In this document: piece by piece, positions 18,036-25,714 of the stretch | How positions within the stretch are numbered: the stretch's first letter is position 1 | Layout: each line of letters opens with the position of its first letter | Origin: Acidothermus cellulolyticus 11B | Lineage (GTDB): Bacteria; Actinomycetota; Actinomycetes; Acidothermales; Acidothermaceae | DNA length: 32,000 bases | Direction of reading: 5' to 3' | Assembly (NCBI RefSeq): GCF_000015025.1 | Contig: NC_008578.1 | Coordinates: 240,001-272,000 of the forward strand | Notes under the pieces: generated by a model | Databases searched by the model: none | Told to the model about the DNA's origin: nothing | The model's input: only the letters and a program-made list of their open reading frames with translations | Made by a program: the position numbers and the translations under genes

Positions 18036-19453
18036 GGGCGGCTCTCCCGGCCGGCGTCCTGCGCCGCGGCGGCCGACGGGGGTTCAGCGTCGTCCCGCCG
18101 CGGTTCAGCGTCTGTCGCGGCTTCGTCGGTCGGTTGGTACGCCGCCCGCGCCGGGGAGTCGGTGCTGGGCTGCGGAGCGGAGATGGCGACGGGCTGGGCC
18201 GGATCGAGGTCGAAGAGCGTCCGCAGCGCCTCCGAGTAGGAATCCGGTCCGGCCAGGCCGGCAAGTTCCTGCACCCGCACGGTCGGGGCGTGCAGCAATT
18301 TGTCGACGACCCGGTGAACCGTGGTCCGAATTTCCTCGAATTGCCGCGGATCCAATTCCGGAAGCCGCTTCTCGAGGCGGCGCAATTCGGCGGCGACCAC
18401 CCGGGCCGCTTTGTCGCGGAGCGCAACGACCGTCGGTACGACGCCGACGGCGGCGCGCCGGGCCACGTGCGCGTCGAATTCCTCGTCGAGGATGTGCCGG
18501 GCGTGCCGGACGTCCGCGCTGCTGGCCGTGTTCTCCAACACCGGGCGCAGCGTTTCGAGATCGACCCGGATCACGTTGGGCAACCGGTCGACGTCCGGGT
18601 CGACGTCATGCGGCAGGGCGATGTCGAGAATGCCGAGCGGATTCGTGCGCCCGGCGACGGCCTTCGTCAGGGTGGCTGCGTCGACGACCGGGTGGACCGA
18701 GCCGGTGCACGAGACGACGACGTCGGTCTCGGCGAGAAGGTCGGCGAGTTTCTCGAGCGCCGCGGCCTGCCCGTTGTACCGCTGGGCCAGCGCGGTCGCG
18801 CGGCGGAGCGTCCGACTGGCGACGGTGAGCCCGGTGATGCCCACCCGCGTGAGAGCGGCAACGGCCACTGATGCCATCGCCCCCGCGCCGATGACGAGTG
18901 CGCGGCGTCCGGCCAAGGGGCCCAACCGCTCGCTGAGAATCTGCAACCCGACGTCCACCAGGGTCTGTCCTGCGGAATCGATCCGCGTCTCGGCGCGCAC
19001 CCTGCGGGCGGCGTGCAGGGCGTCCTGGACGATTGCGTGGAGGTCACGGCCGGCGTAACCGCGTTCTTGCGCGAGCCGGAACGCGTCGCGGACTTGGCCG
19101 ACGACTTGGTGTTCGCCGATCAGCATGGAGTCAAGTCCGGCGGCCACCGCGAAAAGGTGCTGCACAGCGCGGTCGTCGTAATGGACGTGCACGTGGCCGG
19201 CGATCTCGTCGAAATTGACGTTGCCGTGCCGGCTGAGCAATTCGGAGATGAGGGTCAACGCAGGATGGAATTTCTCGACGCACGCGTAGATTTCCACCCG
19301 ATTGCAGGTCGAGAGCACCATTCCTTCCCGGACCACCGGGGAACCGACGAGATCGTCGAGAAGCTTCGTGGCCTGATCGGAATCCAGAACGGCCCGTTCA
19401 AGCAGGGAGAGCGGCGTTCCGCGATGCGACACCCCGACGACGAGCAGGCTCAT
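18032..19453 (-). CDS. hemA: Glutamyl-tRNA reductase
   Basis: Track ORF 18032..19453 (-). Motifs: LLVVGVSHR, the catalytic Cys context LSTCNRVEIY, GEHQVVGQVR, and the NADPH-binding VIGAGAMA. It has a low-complexity acidic/Pro/Ala C-terminal tail. ATGA overlap with the rex stop. Confidence 0.95.
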   Translation of the reverse strand: MSLLVVGVSHRGTPLSLLERAVLDSDQATKLLDDLVGSPVVREGMVLSTCNRVEIYACVEKFHPALTLISELLSRHGNVNFDEIAGHVHVHYDDRAVQHLFAVAAGLDSMLIGEHQVVGQVRDAFRLAQERGYAGRDLHAIVQDALHAARRVRAETRIDSAGQTLVDVGLQILSERLGPLAGRRALVIGAGAMASVAVAALTRVGITGLTVASRTLRRATALAQRYNGQAAALEKLADLLAETDVVVSCTGSVHPVVDAATLTKAVAGRTNPLGILDIALPHDVDPDVDRLPNVIRVDLETLRPVLENTASSADVRHARHILDEEFDAHVARRAAVGVVPTVVALRDKAARVVAAELRRLEKRLPELDPRQFEEIRTTVHRVVDKLLHAPTVRVQELAGLAGPDSYSEALRTLFDLDPAQPVAISAPQPSTDSPARAAYQPTDEAATDAEPRRDDAEPPSAAAAQDAGRESRP

Positions 19454-20322
19454 CGCAGCACCCCCGCCGTGCGGTCCGCCTCTTCGGCCAGCGGACGGCG
19501 CGCCGAGCCGACGGAGAATTCCGTCGTCCGCGGCCGCGGCGCGGATCCGTTTCTCGGCGTCGCCGGCTGAGGTGCTGCGGCGGGTGGCGTCGCCGGGTCC
19601 GGCTGGAGGTCCCGTCGGAATTCGGAATCCGGCGTGTCGCGGCGGGTCTGATGGTCCGTGCCGTCGTGCAGGGCCCGCCGCTGGGCGTGGAAGGCTAGGA
19701 TTTGCAGCTCTGTCGAGAGATCGACCTTGCGAATCTCCACAGTCGGCGGCACGACGAGAATCGCCGGCGCGAAATTCAGGATGCTGCGAATGCCGGCCCG
19801 CACCAAGCGGTCGCAGACCTCCTGGGCTGCGGCCGCCGGCGTTGCGATGACACCGATCGCCACCCGCTCGGCCGCCACGATCTGTTCCAGGTCGGCAATG
19901 TCGTGGACGATGAGCGAGCCGACGCGACGTCCAATCTGGCGCGGGTCGGCGTCGAAGAGGCAGGCGATCCGGAAGCCCCGGCTGGCGAAACCGCCGTAAT
20001 TCGCCAGCGCCCGCCCGAGGTTTCCGACTCCGACGATTGCGACGGCCCAGTCCTGGGTGAGGCCGAGTTCCCGGGAGATCTGATAGATCAGGTAATCGAC
20101 CTCGTATCCCACGCCCCGGGTGCCGTAGGAGCCGAGGTGGGAGAGGTCCTTGCGAAGCTTGGCGGGATTGACCCCGGCCGCGGTCGCGAGATGCTGCGAC
20201 GAGACGGTTGCGACGCCGGCGTCCGCGAGATTCTGCAAGACCCGTAGGTACACGGGAAGACGGGCGATCGACGCCTCGGGAATGCCTCGCGTGCTGGTGG
20301 ACCGCGTTGTGGTGGAACGCAC
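19450..20322 (-). CDS. rex: Redox-sensing transcriptional repressor Rex
   Basis: In-frame GTG 20322 of track ORF 19450..20619 (-), with a GGAG SD upstream. Motifs: RGIPEASIARLPVYLRVL, KLRKDLSHLGSYGTRGVGYEVDYL, the Rossmann motif AIVGVGNLGRALANYGGF, and ILNFAP...RKVDLSTELQILAFH. It has a Pro-rich C-terminal extension of ~70 aa. Confidence 0.9.
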   Translation of the reverse strand: MRSTTTRSTSTRGIPEASIARLPVYLRVLQNLADAGVATVSSQHLATAAGVNPAKLRKDLSHLGSYGTRGVGYEVDYLIYQISRELGLTQDWAVAIVGVGNLGRALANYGGFASRGFRIACLFDADPRQIGRRVGSLIVHDIADLEQIVAAERVAIGVIATPAAAAQEVCDRLVRAGIRSILNFAPAILVVPPTVEIRKVDLSTELQILAFHAQRRALHDGTDHQTRRDTPDSEFRRDLQPDPATPPAAAPQPATPRNGSAPRPRTTEFSVGSARRPLAEEADRTAGVLR

Positions 20323-20363
20323 CGGATCTCCGCTGGGACGTGAGCTGCCTCCAGGGTACGACT

Positions 20364-20381
20364 TTGTGAACGCACGCACAA
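20364..20381 (-). promoter_or_regulatory. Rex operator (ROP)-like inverted repeat upstream of rex-hem operon
   Basis: The plus strand reads TTGTGAA-CGCA-CGCACAA, against the Streptomyces-type ROP consensus TTGTGAA-N4-TTCACAA. One half-site is perfect and the other matches 5/7. On the coding strand it lies 5 nt upstream of a TACCCT -10-like hexamer (20353-20358) and 42 nt upstream of the rex GTG. Confidence 0.65.
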
Positions 20382-20449
20382 AATCCGGCGATCTTGATGG
20401 GAGTGTGCCGCCGACGATGGGTCGGCGCGAACCGGATCCGCTCAGCCGG

Positions 20450-21661
20450 TCACCCGGAGGACGGGCTGGGCACCGGGTTCCCGGCTGGGGTCGGCGAGGC
20501 GGGAAGCCCTGCGGCGTCCGACGGCACCGGGGGCGCCGTCGCTTCCGTCCCAGCGGGCGCAAGATATGCGGCGGCCACGGCAATGACCGGAAGGACGTCT
20601 GCGGTCGGCGGAGCGTCACGGATGGTGAAGAACCAGGCGGGGAGCAGGATCAGCCGGACGCCGGCCGGCGACGACTGGTCCCAGTCCAGCTGCAGGCCGA
20701 GGTGCGCACCCGTGACGATCACCGGTTGCGGTGGGCGGCACACCGGCATGGGGAGTGGCATTGGCGCCGGCGGTTCCGGCCGGGAGCGGCCGGTGGCCGG
20801 CTCACCCTCGGGCACCGGCTCACCCCCGGTTGCCGGCTCACCCTCGGTGGCCGGGTTCCCTTCGGTGGCGAGCGGGCAGGCAATGGCGGGGGCGACGATC
20901 GGTCGCCGGGCCAGGTCGTCGAACGCCGCCTGGGCGCTGCGCAGGGGATACACCGGCCCTTCGATCGGGCGTGTGAGCCAGCCGGTGGCGTTGACGATCC
21001 CGACGGCGTCGACGTCCAGGCGGGTCGCCATGCCCCACGTGGGGAATCCGCCGACGACAGGGTCGATCACGAAATGCACGACGTCACCGGCGATGTCGAC
21101 GTCCGGTTCGCCCAGGTGCAAGAAGGCGCGAATGCCGGCTATGGCGGTACGCGCCTGCGCAACGTTGGGGGTTCGCGGCGTCGGTTGCGCGCCGAGGTCT
21201 GCCGCGGTTGCGACGGCGCACGCTACTCCCGAACCGGCGTCGAGCGGGTCATCGACGTCCACGACGTAGGGCGGGCAGTCCGGCGTCCGGGTGAACGCCC
21301 ACAAGCCTGTGTCCCGCCGCACCCGCAATTCGCCGGCCGGTGAGGTCACGACCCAGCCGTACCGGTGAGCGTCCGGTGCCGCTGTCAGACCGAAGTGCTG
21401 AGCGAGTTCCGCGACGTCCTGCTCGGTCACCGAAGTGTCCGGCCACCGCCAGACGGCGGCGTGATCTGGACCATCCGGGAGCGAACCCACCAGCCGGTAA
21501 CCGGCAACGGACGCGGACGGCGCCGCGTATGCGGCGATCGGCCCGTGCTCCGGCACGCCGGCGACGTGCAGCAGCGGCACCGTCGACGCCGGCGCGGCGC
21601 ACGCCGCGACGGACGCGACGAGAACCGCCGTGACGGGCACGACGCGCGGAATGGATCGCAT
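20450..21661 (-). CDS. Putative lipoprotein of unknown function with an internal hexapeptide-repeat/Pro-rich linker
   Basis: Track ORF 20450..21706 (-). ATG 21661 gives a classical lipoprotein signal peptide, MRSIPRVVPVTAVLVASVAAC. GTG 21706 is the alternative start. There are two globular-looking regions separated by ATEGNP-ATEGEP-ATGGEP-VPEGEP repeats and PEPPAPMPLPMP. I recognise no family. Confidence 0.6.
   Translation of the reverse strand: MRSIPRVVPVTAVLVASVAACAAPASTVPLLHVAGVPEHGPIAAYAAPSASVAGYRLVGSLPDGPDHAAVWRWPDTSVTEQDVAELAQHFGLTAAPDAHRYGWVVTSPAGELRVRRDTGLWAFTRTPDCPPYVVDVDDPLDAGSGVACAVATAADLGAQPTPRTPNVAQARTAIAGIRAFLHLGEPDVDIAGDVVHFVIDPVVGGFPTWGMATRLDVDAVGIVNATGWLTRPIEGPVYPLRSAQAAFDDLARRPIVAPAIACPLATEGNPATEGEPATGGEPVPEGEPATGRSRPEPPAPMPLPMPVCRPPQPVIVTGAHLGLQLDWDQSSPAGVRLILLPAWFFTIRDAPPTADVLPVIAVAAAYLAPAGTEATAPPVPSDAAGLPASPTPAGNPVPSPSSG
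20798..20869 (-). repeat. Four tandem 18-nt units (in-frame hexapeptide repeat A-T-E/G-G-E/N-P)
   Basis: Plus strand: cggctcaccctcgggcac / cggctcacccccggttgc / cggctcaccctcggtggc / cgggttcccttcggtggc, with a partial fifth unit at 20789-20797. Confidence 0.85.
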
Positions 21662-21726
21662 GCTGCTTGGACGCCGGCCGGTGGCGTCGGGTTTCACGGT
21701 GCGCACCCGGGCGGTGCGCCGCGGTG

Positions 21727-22008
21727 TCAGGCCGGGCGGGAGGAGCCGGCGCGGAGCGCGGCGCGGAGTTGATCCGCGGTGATCCGCCAGTGGCCGACCT
21801 CGATGTCGTTGACGAGAACGACGGGGATGAGTTCGCCGTACTCGCGGAGATCCTCCGGATCAGCCCGAATGTCACGCTCGACGAAACCAATGCCGAATTC
21901 CGCCGTTATCGCCGCAACGATGACCCGCGCCTCGTCGCACAGGTGACATCCGGGCTTGCTGAGCAAGACCACGTGAGGCGTTCCGGCGGCCGATGCACCC
22001 ACAGTCAC
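21727..22008 (-). CDS. Glutaredoxin-like protein (DUF836 / Glutaredoxin_2 family, CxxC)
   Basis: Track ORF 21727..22008 (-), GTG start, 93 aa. Features: VVLLSKPGCHLCDEA (CxxC in a thioredoxin-fold context) and IPVVLVN...W. It holds the same position relative to hemA as the small glutaredoxin-like gene in mycobacteria (from memory, Rv0508). Confidence 0.8.
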   Translation of the reverse strand: MTVGASAAGTPHVVLLSKPGCHLCDEARVIVAAITAEFGIGFVERDIRADPEDLREYGELIPVVLVNDIEVGHWRITADQLRAALRAGSSRPA

Positions 22009-22114
22009 CGGCCCATTTTCTGCATTCCGTTACGGCGAGCTCAAGACCGCCCTGCGCCGCGTCGAGGCATCAAACGTCAGTGTCGCCTGCACCGAGGGAG
22101 GAACCCGGCCCGCC

Positions 22115-22942
22115 ATGCACGTCGCGGCGTTCACCCGCCGGGCCGGTCTCCGCCTCGGCTCCGGAATCGCATGCCTGTCGGTGATTTTCACCGGAATTCT
22201 TGCGGCTGCTTCTCCGGCGTGGGCAAGCCCGGCATCCGAGCTTGCGGCGGCTACCAATGCCGCGCGCCTTAGTGCCGGCCTGCCGGCGCTCTCGGTGGAT
22301 GCCGGAATGTCGGCGGTGGCCCAGAGTTGGGCCAATCATCTTGCCGCCACCCAGGTGCTCGCGCACAATCCGCAGGTGCAGACGCAGATTTCCAACTGGG
22401 TCGTGCTGGGGGAGAACGTCGGGATGGCGATGGACATCCCCAGCGTGCAACAAGCATTCATGAAAAGTGCGGAGCACCGCGACAATATTCTCAATCCGGC
22501 TTTCACCCAAATGGGTGTCGGTGCGGCGAGCTCGACGTATCCCAGTTGCGGCTGCACTGTGCTCTGGGTGGTGGTCGATTTCCGCCGTCCGATGACCACC
22601 GCCCCGTCATCGCCGGTACCCCCGGCACCGCGGACAGCGTCGCCGCTCCGGTCGTCCGCTCCGGTACCCCCGACCAGAAATCAGCCGCAACCGCAAACAC
22701 CAGCAGCGACGTCGTCGTCAGCACCGGTGCGCGCCGCCGTTCCGGCGTCTGCGGTTTCAACAGGGCCGGCGCCGGACGCCTCGCCGCACCAGGCTGCGCC
22801 GCCGCCTCCCTCGCCGGCCGATTCCCTCGGTACCGGTCTTGCTGAAATTGCGGCAAGTCCCAGCCCACCGCTCACGGCGGCACCGGATCCCGTGAGCCGA
22901 CTGCTGACATTTGTTTCTCTCGTCACCCAGCTGTCTGGTTAG
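22115..22942 (+). CDS. Secreted CAP/SCP/PR-1-like domain protein with a long Pro/Ala/Ser-rich C-terminal tail
   Basis: Track ORF 22115..22942, ATG preceded by GGGAGGAA. The signal peptide ends AWA|SP. CAP-domain strings: NAARLSAGLPAL, AQSWANHLAA, LAHNP, GENVG, FMKSAEHRDNILNPAFTQMGVG. These are followed by ~120 aa of low-complexity P/A/S sequence. Confidence 0.8.
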   Translation: MHVAAFTRRAGLRLGSGIACLSVIFTGILAAASPAWASPASELAAATNAARLSAGLPALSVDAGMSAVAQSWANHLAATQVLAHNPQVQTQISNWVVLGENVGMAMDIPSVQQAFMKSAEHRDNILNPAFTQMGVGAASSTYPSCGCTVLWVVVDFRRPMTTAPSSPVPPAPRTASPLRSSAPVPPTRNQPQPQTPAATSSSAPVRAAVPASAVSTGPAPDASPHQAAPPPPSPADSLGTGLAEIAASPSPPLTAAPDPVSRLLTFVSLVTQLSG

Positions 22943-22977
22943 ACGCTCGGTGACGGCGGGCGCAAGAGCCTCGTGGT

Positions 22978-23076
22978 CTATTTCTTGTTGCGCCGCTGCA
23001 CGCGGGTGCGCTTCAGCAACTTGCGGTGCTTCTTCTTCGCCATGCGCTTGCGGCGCTTCTTGATGACTGAACCCAC
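22978..23076 (-). CDS. 30S ribosomal protein bS22 (actinobacterial 32-33 aa Lys/Arg-rich protein)
   Basis: Not in the ORF track because it is too short. Translating the minus strand by hand from GTG 23076 gives [32 protein letters not shown], with stop TAG at 22978-22980. A GGAGAAAG SD lies ~14 nt upstream. This is the conserved [22 protein letters not shown] sequence of bS22 (the Rv0500B family). It sits directly downstream of the excisionase-family HTH gene, as in mycobacteria. Confidence 0.8.
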   Translation of the reverse strand: MGSVIKKRRKRMAKKKHRKLLKRTRVQRRNKK

Positions 23077-23180
23077 GAGGTGCTCGCTTTCTCCAGGGAA
23101 CGAGAGTGTCGCACGTCCGACGGACGACGGATCCCCAGCTTAACGACCGCCGGCGGGCAGCCGGGTCATGCCTTCCGGCT

Positions 23181-23210
23181 TGACCTCAGCCGGCCTGACC
23201 TCAGCCGGCC
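23181..23210. repeat. Perfect 15-nt tandem duplication (TGACCTCAGCCGGCC x2, plus a partial third copy) spanning the stop codon of the HTH gene
   Basis: Positions 23181-23195 and 23196-23210 are identical. ccggc at 23175-23179 is a partial further copy. Confidence 0.9.
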
Positions 23211-23458
23211 TCGATGAACGCGTCGCGCAGGTAGTCATGGACGGCCTGCTCGGGAACCCGGAACGACCGCCCGACCCGGACTGCGGGCAACTCGCCGGCG
23301 TGGACCAGGCGGTACACCGTCATCCGGGAAACCCGCATCACGTCAGCAACCTCGGCCACCGTGAGGAAACGCACCTCGGCCAGCGTCTTGTCGCGGAGAC
23401 CCTTCTCGCGGATCCGATCGCGTGGCGTGTCGCGACCCAGCCGCTTCGCTGCGCTCAT
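23201..23458 (-). CDS. Excisionase/MerR-family helix-turn-helix DNA-binding protein (Rv0500A-like, chromosomal, not prophage-associated)
   Basis: Track ORF 23201..23458 (-), ATG start, 85 aa. The string FLTVAEVADVMRVSRMTVYRLVHAGELPAVRVGRSFRV is the typical excisionase-family HTH. It is conserved next to bS22 and near proC in actinobacteria. Confidence 0.85.
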   Translation of the reverse strand: MSAAKRLGRDTPRDRIREKGLRDKTLAEVRFLTVAEVADVMRVSRMTVYRLVHAGELPAVRVGRSFRVPEQAVHDYLRDAFIEAG

Positions 23459-23674
23459 GTTTGCACCAGACCCTCGGCACGCGCGGACGCCGGCTTCCCC
23501 TCCGGCGGACGATCAGCACGTGTGTTACTGAGGGTAGCTGTCGTGGGAGCAGTGGGGAAGAGGTTATCTCGCGTGGCGAACGTGACACGGCGAGTGGAGT
23601 AATCACGACGCGCAGCCGGAGCCGGGTGGAGCGCGATCGGGCTGTCGCGGGTACGGGCGGATCGACCGCGGCCG

Positions 23675-23729
23675 GCGCCGCCGCAGCGCGGGACCCGCCG
23701 CCAGCGCCGCCGCAGCGCGGGACCCGCCG
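23675..23729. repeat. Perfect 26-nt direct repeat x2 (period 29 nt) in the intergenic region
   Basis: GCGCCGCCGCAGCGCGGGACCCGCCG occurs at 23675-23700 and again at 23704-23729, separated by cca. It starts 5 nt beyond the stop of the 23734..24522 gene. Confidence 0.9.
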
Positions 23730-23733
23730 TCGC

Positions 23734-24522
23734 TCAGGAGCCGTTGCGCAGGCGTTCGAGCAGGTAGTCGCTGAGCGGCTCGTAGAGGTGGGGCGGGACG
23801 TTGTCGTCCAGCGGCACGCACACCTCGATCAGCCCTTCCGCCTCACCGACGAAGAGTGCCGGGTCGTTGGAATCGGCGAATCCGACCACGGGAACACCCG
23901 CCGCGCCGGCCGCCCCGGCGAAACCGTGGTCGGCAATGACGAGATCGGGGGGCGGTTCGCCGGCGTCGGCAAGCGCGGCGAGCATGTGGCGCATCGGCTC
24001 GGGTGAGTGCGTGTGCAGGAGGTTCGCGCCGCGGGTCACAACGGCGACCCCGGCCAGGTAGCGCACGTGCCGGTCGCGGACCCGGCCGCTTGGTTCGGGC
24101 TCCTCCCAGCGCGCCTCCGGCCGCAACACGACCGCACCGGACTGACGCAGCCAGCGCGCCAACTCGATGTGTACGGCGAGCAGGCCGGTCGGATGCCCGG
24201 TGCCGAGGAGAACTCGGGCCCCCGGCCGTGCGACGGTTCGAACACGCCGAGCGAGTTCGTCGAGTCGCTCGATCGTGTTCTGCACGTTGATGGTGTCCTC
24301 GCCGTTGTCATAACCCGGATCGGGCTCCACTCCGCATCGCTGCGCCATGAGGGCGAGAATTTCCGGGAAGGACCACGTGCCTTGAAAGTCGAGTCCAAAC
24401 GTGTAATCGGGATCGCGGTCGGCGAGGAGCCGGTAATTTGCCAGATTGTGTTCCCGGGGAGTCCGGACCGGCCCGGCAATACGGGCCTCGATCAAATACT
24501 TCGCTAATTCGTCGCGATCCAT
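23734..24522 (-). CDS. Conserved actinobacterial protein of unclear function (I believe relatives are auto-annotated simply as 'phosphatase')
   Basis: Track ORF 23734..24522 (-), ATG with a GAGGAA SD 13 nt after the acuC-like stop. 262 aa, soluble, with good codon bias. Strings such as LLGTGHPTGLL, THSPEPMRHML and ADHGFAGAAG. I cannot assign a catalytic motif with confidence. Confidence 0.55.
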   Translation of the reverse strand: MDRDELAKYLIEARIAGPVRTPREHNLANYRLLADRDPDYTFGLDFQGTWSFPEILALMAQRCGVEPDPGYDNGEDTINVQNTIERLDELARRVRTVARPGARVLLGTGHPTGLLAVHIELARWLRQSGAVVLRPEARWEEPEPSGRVRDRHVRYLAGVAVVTRGANLLHTHSPEPMRHMLAALADAGEPPPDLVIADHGFAGAAGAAGVPVVGFADSNDPALFVGEAEGLIEVCVPLDDNVPPHLYEPLSDYLLERLRNGS

Positions 24523-24535
24523 GCCGTTCCTCGCT

Positions 24536-25714
24536 TCAGTTTTTCACGTTGTTCGGCACGAACAGGCCGTGGTACGGAAACACCTCCCGCATGGTGGCAA
24601 GGATCGCCCGGTCGACGGGATCCGCCGGGTCGAGACCGTCGGCGACCTCGCGCCACGCCGGTTCGGCGCCGTCCGTCATGGTCTGCGGCGGCGACGGTTC
24701 GACCGCGCGGGCGGCGGTCCGCCAGGATTCCGGTGTCGGAGTCTCGGGGGGAATCGACGCGCCTGCGGCTTCCGCGATGAGGTGCGTCCAGCTGCGCGGC
24801 ACGACACGGGCAAGGACGTACCCGCCTCCGCCGGTAGCCACCCAGCGCCCGTTGGCGAACATGTGCGCCAACCGGTGAATTGCGGCGTGCGCGGTGCGCT
24901 GCCCATCCAGGGTGAGATTGAGCTGGGCGAGCGGATCGAGCCGGTGCGTGTCGCAACCATGCTGGCTGACCAGGACGTCCGGGCGGAATGCGCGCAGCAG
25001 CGGTGGGACGACCGCATGGAAGGCCCGCAACCACCCGGCGTCATCCGTGCCCGGGGGAAGGGCGACATTGACGGCGTGGCCGCGGGCGTGCGGCCCGCCG
25101 GATTCCGTCGGCGCGCCGGTTCCGGGGAACAACGTGCGGCCGTCTTGGTGGAGCGAAATCGTCAGGACACGCGGGTCGTCGTAGAACATCGCCTGAACGC
25201 CGTCGCCGTGGTGAACGTCGATGTCGACGTATGCCACCCGTTCGGCACCGTGGTCCAGCAGCCATCGGATCGCCGCGGCGGGATCGTTGTACACGCAGAA
25301 CCCGGAGGCCGCGTTCGGCATCGCATGGTGCAGCCCGCCAGCGACGTTGACGGCGTGCCGGTAACCGCCGGTCCAGACTGCCCGGGCCGCTTCGACCGAG
25401 GCGGTGACGATCCGGGTCGCGGCATCATGCATGCCGGGAAATACCGGTACGTCGCCGGTTCCCAGTCCGTACCGGAGATTCGGCTGTTCCGCGCGCACCG
25501 CGGCGATGTACTCCGCGGTGTGAATTGCCGCAGCGAGAGTGTCATCGGGCTCCGGAACCGGCGTGAGCCGCACGCTCGCCAGGACGCCAATCGCTTCGGC
25601 GAGCTGAATGGTGAGCGCGACGCGTACCGGCGCGAGCGGATGTCCAGGGCCGAAGTCGTAGCGCAGGAGTTCCGGTGACCAGATGAGAACCGTGCTGTGT
25701 TCCACTGATGTCAT
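24536..25714 (-). CDS. acuC: Histone deacetylase-family amidohydrolase (acetoin utilization AcuC-like)
   Basis: Track ORF 24536..25714 (-). Motifs: YDFGPGHPLAP, GGLHHAMPNAASGFCVYND, YVDIDVHHGDGVQAMFYDDPRVLTISLH, GGGGY. ATGA overlap with the proC stop at 25711-25714. Confidence 0.85.
   Translation of the reverse strand: MTSVEHSTVLIWSPELLRYDFGPGHPLAPVRVALTIQLAEAIGVLASVRLTPVPEPDDTLAAAIHTAEYIAAVRAEQPNLRYGLGTGDVPVFPGMHDAATRIVTASVEAARAVWTGGYRHAVNVAGGLHHAMPNAASGFCVYNDPAAAIRWLLDHGAERVAYVDIDVHHGDGVQAMFYDDPRVLTISLHQDGRTLFPGTGAPTESGGPHARGHAVNVALPPGTDDAGWLRAFHAVVPPLLRAFRPDVLVSQHGCDTHRLDPLAQLNLTLDGQRTAHAAIHRLAHMFANGRWVATGGGGYVLARVVPRSWTHLIAEAAGASIPPETPTPESWRTAARAVEPSPPQTMTDGAEPAWREVADGLDPADPVDRAILATMREVFPYHGLFVPNNVKN

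Noticed and set aside
19450-19670. The Pro-rich ~70-aa C-terminal extension of Rex, as a possible novelty.
   Set aside because: As I recall, Streptomyces Rex proteins also carry a disordered C-terminal tail beyond the ILAFH helix. That makes it probably a lineage feature rather than something new.
23201-23458. The excisionase-family HTH gene as a marker of a prophage or integrative element.
   Set aside because: There is no integrase, att-like repeat, tRNA or phage gene nearby. This small HTH gene is a conserved chromosomal neighbour of bS22 and proC in actinobacteria.
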